From contig NC_015931.1 in NCBI RefSeq assembly GCF_000223395.1, forward strand, positions 1,470,001-1,502,000: 32,000 bases of DNA, read 5' to 3'. Below are positions 8,935 to 16,530 of this stretch, in pieces. This DNA comes from Pyrolobus fumarii 1A. Lineage in GTDB: Archaea; Thermoproteota; Thermoprotei_A; Sulfolobales; Pyrodictiaceae. How positions within the stretch are numbered: position 1 is the first letter of the stretch; each line of letters opens with the position of its first letter. The position numbers and the translations under genes are program-made. The notes beneath the pieces are model-generated. The model saw only the letters and a program-made list of their open reading frames with translations. It was not told the DNA's origin and searched no databases.

Positions 8935-10251
8935 TTACTCACTAGGCCGTAGTTTAGCAGCATTTATGACATCAACGAATACGAGTAGCATGAGCGTAGT
9001 ATAGGCTAGTGCAAGGCATGCATGTATAAACGGCCATGCGGTGTATACCAGCTCGAATAGAGAATAGAATGGTTGGCTACGCAGTACTGCGAGTAGTAAC
9101 GTGCCTATCTCGGGAAGCGAGTCCTCAACAAGACCTACAGCCATGCTTGCTGGTGCCCATCTAGCCTCTTCTTCCAGGAAGAACGGTTTCGCGACGACAG
9201 CCGCGGATGTTATGTAGAGTACTGGGTAGAATACCTCGAGCAGGGCTGCGATAGTGTATAGCTTGTAGGCGCGTCTGGCTTTGCCCCTGGCGGCTAGTGC
9301 AGCGAGGAATGGTATAGGCCACACCATATACTGTGGATTTAGCACCTTAGACGTAGCCAAGAACGCTAATAGGACAAGTGTTGTTGCGACCTCCAAGCCT
9401 TCGGGAGCATCTAAAACATGTCTAACACGATACAAGCCTATGGCGAGAAGCGCAACGAAAGGTATAACCCAGTAGCTGCTGAGAGTCTTCCCCACTTTGA
9501 TATTGTAGCCTGAGAGTAGCAAGGGTAGCATCCAGATAGAGACGCCTTGTGGAAGACGCTCGGCGTGAAAGAGTAACAGGTAGTCGAGGAGAGGCGTAAA
9601 ACCGCTAAATACCAGGAATGGTAGCGTCACGCACAAGATTATCGTGGTATAGCTTGTTGCGAAGAGACCTAATGATCTCCAATCTCTCTTGGTAGCATAG
9701 TATAGGGTTAGAGGTAGTACTAGTAGTGCAAAGCTTTGTTTCAGTAACGTTGCTGTTGCCGTAAGAGCTGCGGCTAAAACTGGTGACGAAGCGCCACTAT
9801 AGATTGCTAGCAGTGCAGCAACTGTGGCCGGGATATCAAACGAATAGACATTGATGACTGCGAGCACTACAATGTTGAATATGAATAGTTTAGCTGCGTC
9901 CGGCCCCACGCGCCGCTCTAAGACACTATACCCGACATAGAGCAGGGCGATGATTGGTGCTTTGAGAGCGGCTCGAATGGGTATGGCGGGTATTGTGCTC
10001 ATAACGTAGCTTGGGTAGATAGCTGCTATGAAAGCCAGGCTTGCGAGGAAGAGCAATGGGGCAAGCGGTGGGTATACCACGCGAAATTCGTGGCCAAGTA
10101 CGGGTGCAGCGGCATACAGGTTAAACACTCCTAGAAGTTGGCTGGCGATGAACCAGTTTCGGAATACCCGATAATCGTAGACGTTTATCAGCGTAGATAA
10201 ACCGAGCAGTCCAAGTAACAGCAGCGTCGCTCGTCTCGGTAGTCTCGGCAT
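8935..10251 (-). CDS. Polytopic membrane protein, GT-C-type glycosyl(mannosyl)transferase-like
   Basis: 438 aa with more than 10 hydrophobic helices. The first-loop motif 'VYDYRVFRNW' resembles the DxDYxVF motif of PIG-M/DUF2029-type GT-C enzymes. This comparison is from memory only. Confidence 0.45.
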   Translation of the reverse strand: MPRLPRRATLLLLGLLGLSTLINVYDYRVFRNWFIASQLLGVFNLYAAAPVLGHEFRVVYPPLAPLLFLASLAFIAAIYPSYVMSTIPAIPIRAALKAPIIALLYVGYSVLERRVGPDAAKLFIFNIVVLAVINVYSFDIPATVAALLAIYSGASSPVLAAALTATATLLKQSFALLVLPLTLYYATKRDWRSLGLFATSYTTIILCVTLPFLVFSGFTPLLDYLLLFHAERLPQGVSIWMLPLLLSGYNIKVGKTLSSYWVIPFVALLAIGLYRVRHVLDAPEGLEVATTLVLLAFLATSKVLNPQYMVWPIPFLAALAARGKARRAYKLYTIAALLEVFYPVLYITSAAVVAKPFFLEEEARWAPASMAVGLVEDSLPEIGTLLLAVLRSQPFYSLFELVYTAWPFIHACLALAYTTLMLLVFVDVINAAKLRPSE

Positions 10252-10383
10252 ACCACCTTATACCCCTATCATGTACATCGGTGGGCAGGAACATAGCTTA
10301 AAAGGGTAGTTGTTGTTGAGGAGGGGCATGCAAAGCGTCGCAGTATTATAGGGTCTTTGGTGCGATGCAACAGAGTGGGGTGT

Positions 10384-10411
10384 GAGGAGGCTCGAAAGGG
10401 CCGACGTCCTC
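10384..10411 (+). promoter_or_regulatory. GNRA-tetraloop hairpin in the putative 5' leader of pcc1
   Basis: GAGGA-GGCTC-GAAA-GGGCC-GACG-TCCTC. The inner 5 bp include one G-U pair around a GAAA loop. The outer 5 bp are GAGGA/TCCTC. A GGGGGAGG tract and GTG 10428 follow. Confidence 0.3.
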
Positions 10412-10427
10412 TAAGGGGGAGGATGGG

Positions 10428-10745
10428 GTGCCCGCGCAGGTCCGACCCCAGTCATGCACCTCGCACATACGTGTCACTCTTAGCATACCTTGTGAAAATC
10501 GTGAATGTGTGGCGATTGTGGAAGCGATAAGGCCAGATAACCGTGAGGCGCCAGACTGGCTAGTGATACGAGAGAGGATAGGGGACGATGTTGTTGTGGT
10601 TGAGATAGAGGCGCCCGTAGAGAGAGTGATGAGCGTACGTGCAACCCTAGACGAAGTAATGGAATATGTCTATAGCCTGCTTCGCAGCATAGAGTCTCTC
10701 TTGGAAGCCGCGGAGGGTGTTGACGAGAAACGCTCCCCTAGCTGA
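10428..10745 (+). CDS. pcc1: KEOPS complex subunit Pcc1-like
   Basis: Small protein with the Pcc1 pattern of three strands and a helix. 'VAIVEAIRPDN....VVVVEIEAP..RVMSVRATLDEVMEYV' parallels P. furiosus Pcc1 as I recall it. GTG start; there is no in-frame ATG near the N-terminus. Confidence 0.5.
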   Translation: MPAQVRPQSCTSHIRVTLSIPCENRECVAIVEAIRPDNREAPDWLVIRERIGDDVVVVEIEAPVERVMSVRATLDEVMEYVYSLLRSIESLLEAAEGVDEKRSPS

Positions 10746-11182
10746 GAATGTGATGAGTGAGCCCCGCTGTAGCCCTCCGCGGCCTCAAGAAGTGACGCTG
10801 CCTCGTCAACCACCTCCTCAATGGAAACTTGTATGAGACGATGTGTGTGTTTGTCGAGCAAAGGCGTTATGTTTGCAAGGATCGCTGCCGTGGTGCGTAG
10901 CAACGACGCTATGTAGTCCAACACTATTTTGATTATAATGGCTTGGTCTTCTGGCTCCAGACTCTCATATAGCTTTGCCAGGCTCTCCGGGCTAGGAGCT
11001 GCATCGCCCCGCATGAACCTAGTAACGGCTGATGGGGTGACACCCATCTTTCGAGCTATCTCGCTCTTCAACAGACCCCTATCCTCTACAAGCACCCGGA
11101 TAATCTCTCGTCTAGCGCTCTTCGGCAGCGCCTCGAAAAGTGATGCGAGTTGTGCGCCAATCTCCTCCAATCTGGACGCCAT
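10670..11182 (-). CDS. HTH (XRE-like) DNA-binding protein
   Basis: 'LLKSEIARKMGVTPSAVTRFMRGD' is a helix-turn-helix. The last ~25 codons overlap the 3' end of pcc1 on the other strand, so the true C-terminus is uncertain. Confidence 0.55.
   Translation of the reverse strand: MASRLEEIGAQLASLFEALPKSARREIIRVLVEDRGLLKSEIARKMGVTPSAVTRFMRGDAAPSPESLAKLYESLEPEDQAIIIKIVLDYIASLLRTTAAILANITPLLDKHTHRLIQVSIEEVVDEAASLLEAAEGYSGAHSSHSQLGERFSSTPSAASKRDSMLRSRL
10700..10789. repeat. Inverted repeat with 11-bp perfect core GCCGCGGAGGG/CCCTCCGCGGC plus a 4-bp extension, at a convergent gene junction
   Basis: Arm 1 is CTTGGAAGCCGCGGAGGG at 10700-10717. Arm 2 is CCCTCCGCGGCCTCAAG at 10773-10789. The spacer is 55 nt. 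Confidence 0.8.
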
Positions 11183-11237
11183 GGGTAAACTGGGGCCTCG
11201 AGAGGTTTAAGCCGCGGCACCTCTTCACGGCAGTAGC

Positions 11238-12023
11238 TCAGGGTATAGCCCGTATCTCATCGGCCCCGCAGCTTGGAAGGAGCCCAACCCCAGGGATAAT
11301 AGCGAAATCTACCCCATATACGCGTTTGAGGATACTCGGCGTAAGTGTGGTACTGGGCTCTCCGTGGCTAAGCACCTTGCCGTTGGCCATTATTGTAAGT
11401 GTGTCGCTGGTAAGCGGTGTTGTAAACTCGTGCGTGGTATACACGATTATACGACTCCTCGAGTACCGCTTCAATAGCATAGCAAGTTTGCACTGCCAGT
11501 AGGGGTCTAGGTGTGCAAACGGCTCATCCAGGAGTATAACTGGCGTGCCTCTGGCTAGAGTAACGAGAGTCTGTGCGAGGCTCCTCTGCCCATCACTGAG
11601 CTCCTCCCATCTCCTCCAAATTAACCACTCTACTTCGAATTCGGCGAAAACTCGTCTAATCCTCTCAAGCCAGTTTTCACCATGCAAACGGTAGAGTATT
11701 ACACGGGCATAATCGGCTATTCTTGCACCGAATCCTAGTGGTGCAGTAGCCAGATTAGCGGATACAAACCTCCACGGTGGTGATAATGGTTTCCCGTTGA
11801 GCAGTATACGCCCGTTCAGTGGCTTGACGAGGCCGGCTATGCTGCGTAAGAGTGTTGTTTTACCCGAGCCGTTGGGACCTAGAATAGCATGGAGGCCTGT
11901 ACTCAGCTCTAAGCTCACAGGACCTAGCTTAAAGCCTGGTAATGCTACCGTGAGTTTAGAGATTACGAGCTTATGCGGCGCTCTACTTCCTCCCATGCCC
12001 GCCTCCAAGCCTCCATAAGCCAC
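11238..12023 (-). CDS. ABC transporter ATP-binding protein (FepC/BtuD-like, iron-siderophore/cobalamin type)
   Basis: Walker A 'GPNGSGKTT', signature 'LSDGQRSLA' and Walker B 'VILLDEPFAHLD'. The tail 'LTPSILKRVYGVDF' is typical of the FepC/BtuD group. The start is GTG 12023 or the first ATG at 11996; both overlap the aor stop (11963). Confidence 0.85.
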   Translation of the reverse strand: MAYGGLEAGMGGSRAPHKLVISKLTVALPGFKLGPVSLELSTGLHAILGPNGSGKTTLLRSIAGLVKPLNGRILLNGKPLSPPWRFVSANLATAPLGFGARIADYARVILYRLHGENWLERIRRVFAEFEVEWLIWRRWEELSDGQRSLAQTLVTLARGTPVILLDEPFAHLDPYWQCKLAMLLKRYSRSRIIVYTTHEFTTPLTSDTLTIMANGKVLSHGEPSTTLTPSILKRVYGVDFAIIPGVGLLPSCGADEIRAIP

Positions 12024-13867
12024 TCTAGTTTCGTGAGTCCAAGTTTCTCGAGGGTCTCCCTCTTTGGAATGCCAAGCTTCTCGTCGTAGCCTCTGAGCTT
12101 ATAGAACTTTAGGAGAGCCCTCCTGAACTCGTCCCAGTCGCGGAAGGCTTTTTCGCCCTTCAGTGGGCCATCCGGTATAGGCTCCATCCACCTCTTGGGT
12201 ATCGTGTCGCCCTCTGGCACTCTCCCTACTAGAGCGCCGTATATCCTTGCTATGGCCTCAGTACGGGCTCCAACTGGCCACACCTCATCAAAACTTCTGC
12301 CCAGTGTCACGCGAAGCAACTTATCTACTTGGTCGCGATCGTATGGTACGAAGGCGCACAGCCCAAGTGCATCCATTAGTGCCTTCCAGTCGCGGTCGTT
12401 GATTAGACTCTCGACCATCTCTTCTGCAGGGCCATCACTTGGCTTGGAGTGTGGCTCGGGCCATCCACGTAGGTGCGATGCACCGACATCCGCCGTAGCG
12501 TAACTAAGGGCCATAGCTCTCCGTCCTCTTGGATCCCACGCTGCAGACTCCAAACCCTTAACGTGGACAGCCCTATCCTCACCCCTACCGAGTATTCTTG
12601 ACGCTCTCTCAACGCCCTCGGCTAGTATCGCGCCTATACCGCGTCTCTCAGCTACGAGTTTTGCTAGCTCCTCAGCTACCCTCGGATCGCCGAATTTAGG
12701 CTCGACGGTAAGCCCGTCAAGCTCTTCCTTCCGCACTAGACCGTTCTCATAGAGTTCTATTAGCCAGGCGGCAGTCTCGCCAAAGCTGATAGAGTCTAGC
12801 CCCAGATTGTTGACCAGCCACTCTAACCGAAGCACCTCATCTACATCGTAGATGTTGAATATCACGCCAAGCATAGTTAGATGCTCGTACTCCGGCTTGA
12901 CCACCAGGTGTTCGAAGCCTTTCAGCTGAGGCTTCACTAGTTTGCTGCACTTAACAGGACACCCCCAACCCCAGATTATGCCAGCGTAACGAGAGTATAC
13001 CTCCTTCCCAACCTCGCGTGCCAGTACAGCTTTGCCGGACATCTTTTCAACTAGCTCCCGCGAAGGGGAGGGTATCATCCAGTGTTTACCTGGGCACATT
13101 GACCACTTCGAACATGTGACAACGCCGTTGTTAGTACCGTACTTTGACATGTACCTAGCAGCAGGATGCTCTTGCAGACTCTTATACACGTCGATGTATG
13201 TCTTTCTCCACTCATCCTCGTTGACAAGAGTGGGTCGACGACCACCATAAACAACAATGGCCTTCACGCGCTTGTAGCCCAGGACCGCGCCAATGCCACA
13301 GCGTCCAGCGGCCCTAAAGCCATCTATCATAACATTCGCGTATCTAACTAGTTTCTCGCCGCCGGGGCCGATCGCAGCTATACTGGCGCCTCTCTTAGTC
13401 TCGCGCCATAAAGTCTCAGTCACGTCGCTAACATAGGCGCCCCATATGTGCGAGGCGCTCCTAATCTCAACTTTACCCGATTCAACGTAGATATACACCG
13501 GCTCGGGTGATACCCCCTTTAACACGAGGGCATCGAAACCAGCGTAACGCAGCTTAGCGGCGAACACTTGCCCAGAGTACGAATCACATATCATGTTGGT
13601 AAGGGGGCTCCTTGCTGCAAAGGCGACTTTGCTAGAGCCTGGTGCAACACCGGTTAATGCGCCAGCAGCAACGACGACAACATTAGACGGGTCGTATAGA
13701 GGGTCTGAAGTCGAGAAGGGTGCATACCTAGCGACTAGTGCATACGCGAACCCTTTACCGCCGACAAACAGTTCGCGTAACCAGCCTGGAGTCTCGAGTA
13801 TACTGACCTCACTCTCGCTGAGATCAATTACAGCTATCCTACCGGCATACCCGGGCAGTGAGCCCAT
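11963..13867 (-). CDS. aor: Aldehyde:ferredoxin oxidoreductase family (tungstopterin enzyme)
   Basis: N-terminus 'YAGRIAVIDLSESEV' and 'MDALGLCAF' (DxxGxC pterin/cluster motif); length is about 635 aa. The ORF is open to 13978. ATG 13867 (MGSLPGYAGR) matches family N-termini and has a TTTTTA box 36-41 nt upstream. Confidence 0.9.
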   Translation of the reverse strand: MGSLPGYAGRIAVIDLSESEVSILETPGWLRELFVGGKGFAYALVARYAPFSTSDPLYDPSNVVVVAAGALTGVAPGSSKVAFAARSPLTNMICDSYSGQVFAAKLRYAGFDALVLKGVSPEPVYIYVESGKVEIRSASHIWGAYVSDVTETLWRETKRGASIAAIGPGGEKLVRYANVMIDGFRAAGRCGIGAVLGYKRVKAIVVYGGRRPTLVNEDEWRKTYIDVYKSLQEHPAARYMSKYGTNNGVVTCSKWSMCPGKHWMIPSPSRELVEKMSGKAVLAREVGKEVYSRYAGIIWGWGCPVKCSKLVKPQLKGFEHLVVKPEYEHLTMLGVIFNIYDVDEVLRLEWLVNNLGLDSISFGETAAWLIELYENGLVRKEELDGLTVEPKFGDPRVAEELAKLVAERRGIGAILAEGVERASRILGRGEDRAVHVKGLESAAWDPRGRRAMALSYATADVGASHLRGWPEPHSKPSDGPAEEMVESLINDRDWKALMDALGLCAFVPYDRDQVDKLLRVTLGRSFDEVWPVGARTEAIARIYGALVGRVPEGDTIPKRWMEPIPDGPLKGEKAFRDWDEFRRALLKFYKLRGYDEKLGIPKRETLEKLGLTKLEWLMEAWRRAWEEVERRISS

Positions 13868-13902
13868 GAGGTGACTGCCCCTGCGAGTGGTTGCTGGGGG
13901 AG

Positions 13903-13908
13903 TAAAAA
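13903..13908 (-). promoter_or_regulatory. TATA-like box (TTTTTA on minus strand) upstream of aor ATG 13867
   Basis: The plus strand reads GTAAAAAGG at 13902-13910. Confidence 0.3.
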
Positions 13909-14087
13909 GGAGCCTAGTCTCAACATCAACAGTATGATACGCGTTGAAACGCGCACCACGACACACTATCATGAACAAAAATACATAAAAACAAAAGAGA
14001 AGAATGTGAGAGGCGCTAAACCTGAATTAACTCGAATTTGAGCCATGGGTGGACATGTTAGCCGCGTAATATCGGCGCGCTAATATT

Positions 14088-14237
14088 CTAGTTCTTCACT
14101 ACCTTCTTTGGCTTAGCAATGGCGATCATGTCAAGCCCATACTCTATGCTTATCAACAGATATATCAGACTCCACAGCGGATCCTCGTGATGCTCCCTAT
14201 ACGCCATATAGGCGAATAGTAGTGCTAGGGCAATCAT
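14088..14237 (-). CDS. Candidate small membrane protein (49 aa), below the ORF-track cutoff
   Basis: My hand translation is MIALALLFAYMAYREHHEDPLWSLIYLLISIEYGLDMIAIAKPKKVVKN*. It has two hydrophobic segments and a basic tail. A TATA-like box is centred 26 nt upstream of the ATG. Confidence 0.3.
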   Translation of the reverse strand: MIALALLFAYMAYREHHEDPLWSLIYLLISIEYGLDMIAIAKPKKVVKN

Positions 14238-14258
14238 CACTGTCCTTCTCGCTAAACC

Positions 14259-14267
14259 TATACTAAA
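14259..14267 (-). promoter_or_regulatory. TATA-like box (TTTAGTATA on minus strand) upstream of the 49-codon ORF
   Basis: The centre (~14263) is 26 nt from ATG 14237. That is the spacing expected for a leaderless crenarchaeal transcript. Confidence 0.3.
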
Positions 14268-14400
14268 TCACCCTTGTTGCCTAGCAGCAGGTAGCGGAGC
14301 ATAGCGGCAAGCCTGGCTGTCATACCTGTCTCACCCCCGCGAGACCCATAAGATACATCGTAATTGTAAACGGGGGCTATTAACAATTGGTTTGGTTGTA

Positions 14401-14478
14401 GGCCGCCTTGGAATCCCCGCCTCATAATACGCCGGGTGTGCCCCGGTTTGTATCAGCGGGGGGCGGGGGACGGCGGCC
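14401..14478. other. 78-nt GC-rich compound hairpin (candidate structured RNA or 3' element), abutting the stop codon of the winged-helix gene
   Basis: Nested pairings read directly from the sequence. GGCCGCC 14401-07 pairs with GGCGGCC 14472-78. CCCCGCC 14415-21 pairs with GGCGGGG 14462-68. ATAC 14427-30 pairs with GTAT 14450-53. CCGGG 14432-36 pairs with CCCGG 14442-46, leaving loop TGTGC. Confidence 0.45.
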
Positions 14479-15075
14479 CTATTGAGATAGACATTTTGAG
14501 CGTATAAGCTTAAGGAGATCTTCCACGTTGTCTATTTCGTTCAGTGTAACTGTATGGAGAGTTTCACATTCCACACGATGATTTATTCTGCAGCATCTCA
14601 CTTCAATACTGTTGTCACTAGAGGCGCGCAGGCATACTGCCTTAGAACCTAAGACAATGACTACATAGTCGCACTCTTCCAGAAGCAGTGGCGATAATTT
14701 TGGAGGGAGTGAGGGAGGAAGATCCTCGTGGAGCTTGCGTGTTATTTTGACTCCGAGGCGTAGCACATGCGGTTTATGACTAGCTAAGTGTAAGATAGCC
14801 ACTAGCCGCTCTAGCATACGTAGTACAAGGTACCCGTGATGTGTCAGCCTTATGAACACGTATCGTGGCGTACGTTTTAACGTGACAAGTCCCGCGCTTT
14901 CTAACACAGTTATGTACTTGTTGAATGTCGCTGTGTTTAGATTACTGCATTGCGCCACTTCACTCCTCTTAGCAGCGCGGTATGGTGAGGAGTTTTGCAG
15001 TTTTTCGATACACCTTAACACGTCAACTAGTATTGTGATAGCGTTTCGCCTTGGAGCATTGCCCCCGCTAGCCAT
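14479..15075 (-). CDS. Winged-helix DNA-binding protein with uncharacterised Cys-containing C-terminal domain
   Basis: 'RSEVAQCSNLNTATFNKYITVLESAGLVTLKR' is a wHTH recognition-helix and wing pattern. The gene is visibly AT-richer than its neighbours. A TATTTATC element on the minus strand lies about 45 nt upstream. Confidence 0.5.
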   Translation of the reverse strand: MASGGNAPRRNAITILVDVLRCIEKLQNSSPYRAAKRSEVAQCSNLNTATFNKYITVLESAGLVTLKRTPRYVFIRLTHHGYLVLRMLERLVAILHLASHKPHVLRLGVKITRKLHEDLPPSLPPKLSPLLLEECDYVVIVLGSKAVCLRASSDNSIEVRCCRINHRVECETLHTVTLNEIDNVEDLLKLIRSKCLSQ

Positions 15076-15345
15076 CTTACTTTCTCCGCCCCGCGCGCTA
15101 GAGCTATCCTACAGCTAGATAAATACAACACGTATCGGCAAATACAGTGTAGGTTTTAACAATATCAGCTACAATCCCTAGGTACATTTAATCCCTGAGT
15201 AGTTTGTACGCCCGTATATATCGAATGTGATAGAAGTGAAGCGATAGGCAACAACATGCATCGCCATACCACCAGATTACTGGTTATGCATGGAGCTTAT
15301 ACTTTGTGAACCTCAGAGACTCGAGAATTGATAATGAGGTGGAGG

Positions 15346-16164
15346 TTAACGGTAGTCGTACATTAGCTGTCTTGCGAGTGTTTCGAGTCTATTACGTATG
15401 TAGAGTAACGTATCCGCGATCACCTTTCTCGGGTTGAACGAGTTGATGACACGGCTTGCCTCCTCTCGGCTCATACTCTCATAATAGCGTTTTATATTTG
15501 TCAAAGCTCTTTTAATATGATCAACTATTGGTATAGATGCTGCTAGGGATGTTCTAGATAACGGGTTCAAATCTATGGCTGCGACTGTCTTACCAATGCG
15601 TACAAGGGCTTCTGTCCTATCTCCATCCTCTATCCCAAGCAGGACGTAATCGGCTTTGTATATCCCGTTTGGTGATACGAGGCCACGCATACTGTCAAGT
15701 CCCGGTATCCGAGCAGTTGCGTCGTCAACACCTAGCACTTGACGCGCTCCATGAGCATATAGGAGGTCTGCTATTGCTTTGGCTCTCTCGCGGGTGCGGT
15801 AAAACAAGTTGACTTCGATTAAGGCTCCTGTTGCTTCGGAGAGCTCTACAACTTCGCGTGCTGCGAGAACAGCTACATTACCATTGACTGAAATCACCGG
15901 GTGTTTTGCGAGGTGGAACATTGCAGCAGCCGCGCGCTCGGCTTCCAAAGCTGGCGGTATACTAGTCTCTCCCAGCAGATAGTCGAAACATTCGCCACGC
16001 CCATGTGCTATTAGGCCCTGAGGCACCACTACACCGTCGCACATACCCTCTACTAGCTTCTCGCGTTCGAGAAGGCTTTCGCGTCTGGGATGAGACTCGG
16101 GGATAATCCACTCTCGGAGTTCGAAGCAGCATTTGCGCGACACGCTGGGCCCGACATGTATCAA
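15346..16164 (-). CDS. 4-phosphopantoate--beta-alanine ligase (archaeal phosphopantothenate synthetase, DUF137)
   Basis: 'IPESHPRRESLLEREKLVEGM...GLIAHGRGECFDYLLGE' matches the conserved N-terminal block of the archaeal enzyme as I recall it. The start is TTG 16164 or GTG 16143. Confidence 0.7.
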   Translation of the reverse strand: MIHVGPSVSRKCCFELREWIIPESHPRRESLLEREKLVEGMCDGVVVPQGLIAHGRGECFDYLLGETSIPPALEAERAAAAMFHLAKHPVISVNGNVAVLAAREVVELSEATGALIEVNLFYRTRERAKAIADLLYAHGARQVLGVDDATARIPGLDSMRGLVSPNGIYKADYVLLGIEDGDRTEALVRIGKTVAAIDLNPLSRTSLAASIPIVDHIKRALTNIKRYYESMSREEASRVINSFNPRKVIADTLLYIRNRLETLARQLMYDYR

Positions 16165-16295
16165 GTAGTCAACTGTGGTATTTAGCCAGGATGGGGTATA
16201 AGCCTAGAAGGGTGTCGGTACTACGCCCACGTGTTACCGGGCCCCGAGGGCCCCTACCTTCTGAGCCCCAAGCATAGAGGCGGCGGGTGTGCGGT

Positions 16296-16523
16296 ATGAA
16301 GCTCGTTACAGTGAAGATGCCCGAAACCTATGTGGAGGGTCTAGATGAGCTTGTGCGCATGGGAAGGTATAGTTCCAGGAGTGAGGCTATACGGGTTGCT
16401 GTAAGAGAGCTGCTAAAGAGAGAGCTTTGGGGCGCGACGCTCCTCGAGGATAACGTCATGGCCTTTGGCGAGGAAGACCTGCCGTCAACCAGTGGAGTCA
16501 AAAAAGTTGTTGTACACGGTTAG
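16296..16523 (+). CDS. Ribbon-helix-helix (CopG/NikR-N-like) DNA-binding protein
   Basis: 'MKLVTVKMPETYVEGLDELVRMGRYSSRSEAIRVAVRELLKRE' is a strand-helix-helix RHH signature. The ORF is also open to GTG 16287. Confidence 0.6.
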   Translation: MKLVTVKMPETYVEGLDELVRMGRYSSRSEAIRVAVRELLKRELWGATLLEDNVMAFGEEDLPSTSGVKKVVVHG

Positions 16524-16530
16524 ACTGGTT

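Noticed and set aside
13868-13978. N-terminal extensions offered by the ORF track for aor (to 13978), thrC (to 19208), ilvC (to 21155) and DUF89 (to 7908).
   Set aside because: In each case an internal ATG or GTG reproduces the family's usual N-terminus. A TATA-like box or the end of the upstream gene lies inside the proposed extension.
14401-14478. The 7-bp terminal pairing GGCCGCC/GGCGGCC spaced ~76 nt apart looked like a tRNA acceptor stem.
   Set aside because: I tried to thread a cloverleaf on both strands. There is no D-stem, no T-arm (no GTTCRAATC-like loop with complementary 5-bp flanks) and no anticodon arm at the right offsets. The pairings nest into one long hairpin instead. It is kept as an unclassified structured element, not a tRNA.
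14401-14478. Classification of the hairpin as an H/ACA or C/D box guide sRNA.
   Set aside because: An ACA follows the helix on the minus strand, but the distance from the internal loop to ACA (~22 nt) exceeds the canonical ~14-16 nt. The CUGA and AUGA elements are in D'-then-C' order but are spaced far wider than in archaeal C/D sRNAs, and no terminal C and D boxes are present.
16238-16256. GGGCCC-CGA-GGGCCC palindrome in the spacer between the phosphopantothenate synthetase and RHH genes.
   Set aside because: It is a short, self-complementary GC hexamer repeat with a 3-nt loop. A similar weak GGCCC/GGGCC element occurs at 1143-1159, so it is plausibly chance in GC-rich spacer. It is not supported as a site without conservation data.
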